Shown in pieces: positions 51,556 to 64,000 of a stretch of DNA of 64,000 nucleotides. The first letter of the stretch is position 1, and every line of letters begins with the position of its first letter. Position numbers and translations under genes: made by a program. Source of the DNA: Amoebidium appalachense (lineage: Eukaryota; Protista; Ichthyosporea); the NCBI GenBank assembly GCA_963693365.1, contig CAVNZM010000008.1, forward strand, positions 8,498,818 through 8,562,817, read 5' to 3'. The notes under the pieces were generated by a model. That model saw nothing but the letters and a program-made list of their open reading frames with translations, ran no database searches and had not been told where the DNA came from.

Positions 51556-52263
51556 GTCTCAAAAGCGCAAAACCGGAAAAGATGCGTTCTGACACCCGTT
51601 GCCCCAGAAGGAATGAGTGTGTTCCCTATCGCTAAACCGTGGAAATGAAACAAAAGATACCGTATAAATTGTAATAGGGCTGGGAAGTAGTCGTCGGTTA
51701 TAGCAGTGTTTGAAAAAAAAGAATCGATGCCCGTTTTTGAAGTTCTTTAGAACAGATGCAACATCACAAAATGCAATTTAATTCTTGTCGTTTTAATCAA
51801 ACCGCCAAGTTCCACAGCGCTCGCGTACCCCTTATTTGTTCAGCCCCTTACACGTATCTTTTCAACAAAGAACCCCACCCCTCTACTTCTATGACAGCGG
51901 CTTGTGTACACTGAAGTGTATTGTTTGCAGGAGCCACTCGGAGAACAAGAACATAAAAGCGCCACAAACCAAGAACATGCACACAGAGGCTTTTATGTAG
52001 CTTTCCGCGCCCGGCCGGACTGAGCCGCGTGTCTCACGCTTAGTCTTCCTCGTCAATGACGTCACCTTCAGATCTTTTCCTGGCTTTCCTATCGACATGT
52101 AACCTATGAAGTACAAAGTTGGGTCTGCTAAAGTAGACTAAAATGATGACCATGCTATCGGGTGACGTCACGACGGCTTTACAAAAAAGCTTTACAGACA
52201 CAAAAGGCCAGGTTTGCCAGGAAAAGAACGACACAACAATAATTGCTATGAATTTTACTGTGG

Positions 52264-52431
52264 ATCTCATATGTTATCTCGTACATACTCTAATAAACGC
52301 TATACATAGCACCCTATTACTCTTAGGAATACTATACAACAAACTGAATCTCATATGTTATCTCGTACATACTCTAATAAACGCTATACATAGCACCCTA
52401 TTACTCTTAGGAATACTATACAACAAACTGA
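52264..52431. repeat. Perfect 84-bp tandem duplication
   Basis: atctcatatgttatctcg...caacaaactga at 52264 and 52348. Confidence 0.95.
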
Positions 52432-52440
52432 GGTGCTTAC

Positions 52441-52641
52441 GGGGTTTACGCTGTTTACTCGAGGCAAAGAGAACCAGTCTCAGGTATGGGGGGGGGGGTT
52501 TTGCTCGGAATATCCCCTCAGCGGTATATCATGATCACGTACATAGATGTCGGGTGGTGACTATATATCAGGGTTTACTTTCTCTACGAGACACCATAAA
52601 GACTACAAGGAGAAATCAATTAGTTGGGGTTCCCCGTTTTT
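52441..52641 (+). mobile_element. ~200-bp SINE-like element, copy 2
   Basis: 10-bp TSD AGGTGCTTAC at 52431-52440 and 52642-52651. Starts GGGGTTTACG and ends ggggttccccgTTTTT. Confidence 0.88.
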
Positions 52642-53192
52642 AGGTGCTTACACCTCACGCCTCCTCCCTCCTTAGGCTTTCTTTTGTAAGTTCATCTGGG
52701 TTCAGTAGTGTCCGAGGCTCGTTCTACTAGAGCGTTCTAAGGACATCACACGTTGGCAAAAGACGTTTGAGACCACCGGTACCTTACCCTGTTGTAGCAC
52801 CGATCTATACTCAGTTGAGGAATTTTTTATGTTTCAAGAGACTGGACTCAACCTCTTTTCGTTACCGAAACGACTGATCTTGTGCCTCTCATGCCTTTTA
52901 TAATAAATGCATCAGCCAGAGTAGATGCAGTTTTTTTGTTCTTAGGGGTCAGCGAAAAGAAAACGAAAAAGCTTAAGAAACGTACATCCGGTCTGCGCAC
53001 ACAACTAGAGAAACGGGCTTTTAGAACACACACGTGCCCACTGTTTCCCTGTACCAAAATTAGCAAAATACACATCTGTGAAAACATCGTAATCTTGGTC
53101 TTAGCCAACCAAACTTCGACACACCATCTGGCAACAAACGTAATTGAAAGTAGTTCAAAAACGCGTTTGGAATCGCTTTCACAATTCTCAAA

Positions 53193-61118
<7,926 letters not shown>

Positions 61119-62498
61119 AGCCAAGCCAGCCGAGCCGGTGGGGGGCTGCACCATTTTAACTCTTTTTTTTTAATGCTTTTTTTTTTTTTTTTTTTTTTTT
61201 TTTGAAAAAGAAGGGAGGAGGGTGCAAGGGGGAAAGGGGGCACCATTATGGATTCAAAAATGCAACCTATGATTGGTGTTTTGCCGTTCCAGTTTTTCCA
61301 TTTATGGGTAATATTCTCCCCACCATTACTTTCTTATTTTCACGGGGTTTGTATGCAATATTGCGATCAGGGTGCTTGAAGGTGAGATGTCTTACTGTTG
61401 TAAATGCATGGCGAGACGCTTAGAAAAGGACGCAATTGTACGATATGTGAGCAAACTGCAATATGTATTATGATACCGATGATTGTGTAAGTTGGATATG
61501 TGGTTAAGACGGATCACAGCCTTTGTGGAGTGGGCTATTGATCAAAACTACACTTGAATTGTATGGTGTCACTACCTATACATTTAGAAAGCAAAAAGTA
61601 GGTTTATGAGAACGGACCAACTATATAGAAAGCAAAAAAAAGGTTTATCAAAACGGTTGTTATCGAATGAATGAGCATGTTTAAAATGGGGTATGTTGCT
61701 TGCGATTTTCCATCTTTGAAGTGTAAAGATAGACCATGTAGTGGTACGCGCACGATTGCTTGTGGTGACGCAAGCGCCCTATGGATGGCCGGAATAAAAT
61801 AAATTCATGTTGGCGTATGTGGCACTGCTTGTCTACCGTACAGGTTCGGCCAGAAATTCATTACAACACGTTTTGTAACCATAAGATCCCCCCCCCCCTC
61901 TCCCTCCCTCCCCCCCCCCCCCCCCCCCCCCACCCCAACCCCCCCGTCCCGACACACACAAACACACAAACACACACACACACACACACACAAAACACAC
62001 ACAAACACACACAAAGTTTTTTTTGGCGCGCATGCATGCGCGTGTTTAAACGTTTGCAACTGTACACATTTGTGAGCACGTTCACCGTGTGAATTTTTGG
62101 TGGTGGTGGTGGTGTAGCTGGGGGAAAGGGTGGGGGAAGGGGGGGGGGGGGGGGGGGGGGGGGTATGGCCTCCCTTCATGTCCGGCTTTCAACATGTCAG
62201 CACCATCTTTGAAATTCTCGTGTTTACATGTTTACACTGTTTGTAGGTGGATCCACATGCTAGATCTAGAGTGGTTGCCCGTGTACTGTAACATGTACAT
62301 GTGCATGTTCACATATGTGATCACGATATGTCGTGTGCATCATTGTGCGTACGTATGTGTGGATTGATGGCCGGGCCAAAAAAAGTCAATCATATTGCAA
62401 TTGCGATATCTCCAATCCATTTTCCTCTGTGCGCAGGTGTGTACGTGTGTGTGTGGCACGTATACACATGCGCATGTGTCTGCTTGCTCGGAAGGACT

Positions 62499-62540
<42 letters not shown>

Positions 62541-62927
62541 CTTATGTGCTGTATGTGGTGTGGCCTAAATTCAACGGAACTACACAAAGATTCCGAGCGA
62601 TGTGGAAGCGGCTGGTGTACGGTACTGTTTGGTTGTCCCGGGTCAACTGACTCAGGTATTGGCATGTTGTAGCATGCACACAAACGTGTACACACACACA
62701 CACAAACACAAACACGTGCACACACACACACACCGTTAACTTACGTGCACACAGACACACACATGTGCACACATACACACACGTGCACACACACACACAC
62801 ACATGAGCATGGGCAATTGGTGCCCACGTACACGCACTTGTCCCCCATCAATTCATGCACATTTTACTTGCTTCGAGAACCTTGCATGATATCTGAAGCG
62901 TAGTTACATTTTTAGAGGTATGTTCGT

Positions 62928-62969
<42 letters not shown>

Positions 62970-63004
62970 AAAAAAAAAAAACTACTCCCGCCCTGCGCCG
63001 CCAC

Positions 63005-63039
<35 letters not shown>

Positions 63040-63239
63040 CCCTCCCCTTCCGTACACACACATACCAAATGGACGCACACGAATATACCTTCCCCCAAGC
63101 AAAAGCTACCGTTCTCCCAGTGAGCGACTGTATGATAACATTTTTGAATCTCTATGTATACACTTGGCTGTAATTTGCCCCGAAAGGAAAAATGAAGGAG
63201 AAACCTATGGGGGAATTAGGCATTGCAATGTGACATAAT

Positions 63240-63335
63240 AATTCGGTATGTGACATGGAAATTCGGTATGGAGATCATTAACAAAATTCGGCTAGCTCGG
63301 TATGGAAATTCGATAAACGGAACTTCGGTGTGGTA
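63240..63335. repeat. Short array of (A)TTCGGTATGG-like motifs
   Basis: attcggtatg, attcggtatgg, attcggctag, ctcggtatgg, attcgataa and cttcggtgtgg within 95 bp. Confidence 0.6.
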
Positions 63336-63439
63336 TTTATGCAGCAGAATCGTCACACGGCAAAGTAGAGCCCATCGTTTTCATACACGTGGCCATGCTC
63401 CAGCAGCTGCATGATGTGTGTACGTGTGTATGTGTACGT

Positions 63440-63482
<43 letters not shown>

Positions 63483-64000
63483 TGTGTGTGTGTGCGTGTG
63501 TGTGTGTGTGTGTGCGCGCGCGCGCGCGTGCGCGTGTGTGTGTATGCGTGTCAGTAGTGTGTATGTCTGTGGGTGGGTGGGTGGTGGTGTGTAGGTGTGT
63601 GCATGGATAGTGACCTTGGGCCCGTGCCCTACCTACGTGCACCAGTGTGGCTCTCTAATGCACAGAAACAAAACATGTTTGACCGGTTTTACAGTGCACG
63701 TGAATGTGTTCAGCAAGTGCATAATGAGGGGAGGAGGTTGTGTTTTTGTGTGTGTGAGTGTACCAGATACGTACAAGCTGACATGGGGAAAAATGGAGCA
63801 GAGAGCGAAGGGGGGGGGGGGGGGGGGGGGGGAGGGGGGGGGGAGAGGTTGGGGATGAGAGGGGGGAGGGGAGAGAGCCGTATAAAAGGTGGTTAATGAT
63901 CATGCTAGGTGTATTTTTAGTTTCAAGCAACACTAATAATAAAGAGGCATGCCCGTTACAGACATTCAACTGAACCCCCCCCCCCCCCCCCCCCCCCCCC

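Overview
Eukaryotic nuclear DNA, probably from a unicellular opisthokont (inferred from GT-AG introns with CTRAC branch points, a PMT gene and an STK16 gene). Introns and intergenic DNA are saturated with poly-G/poly-C tracts and (CA)n/(GA)n microsatellites, so most ORFs in the supplied track are repeat artefacts. I reconstructed four spliced genes by hand: a 12-exon protein O-mannosyltransferase (PMT, minus, 10633-25239), an 8-exon STK16/NAK kinase (plus, 53193-61118), a tail-anchored coiled-coil protein (minus, 32005-38451) and a small unknown protein (minus, 48047-51555). Five genes are intronless: a trypsin-like protease, a GNAT acetyltransferase, a secreted Cys-domain/WPP-repeat protein, and two disrupted genes (RING-TLDc and a GT32-like glycosyltransferase). 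Mobile DNA includes two LINE fragments, a poly(A)-tailed retroposed fragment, a ~200-bp SINE-like element in two copies and two TIR elements. Three observations stand out. (i) An unrecognised family of structured intronic repeats is always anchored on a G/C homopolymer and is oriented the same way in its host transcripts. (ii) Introns contain decaying tandem 'echo' copies of their own exon-intron junctions. (iii) Several 3' splice sites have (AC)n instead of a polypyrimidine tract. No database searches or folding computations were run.
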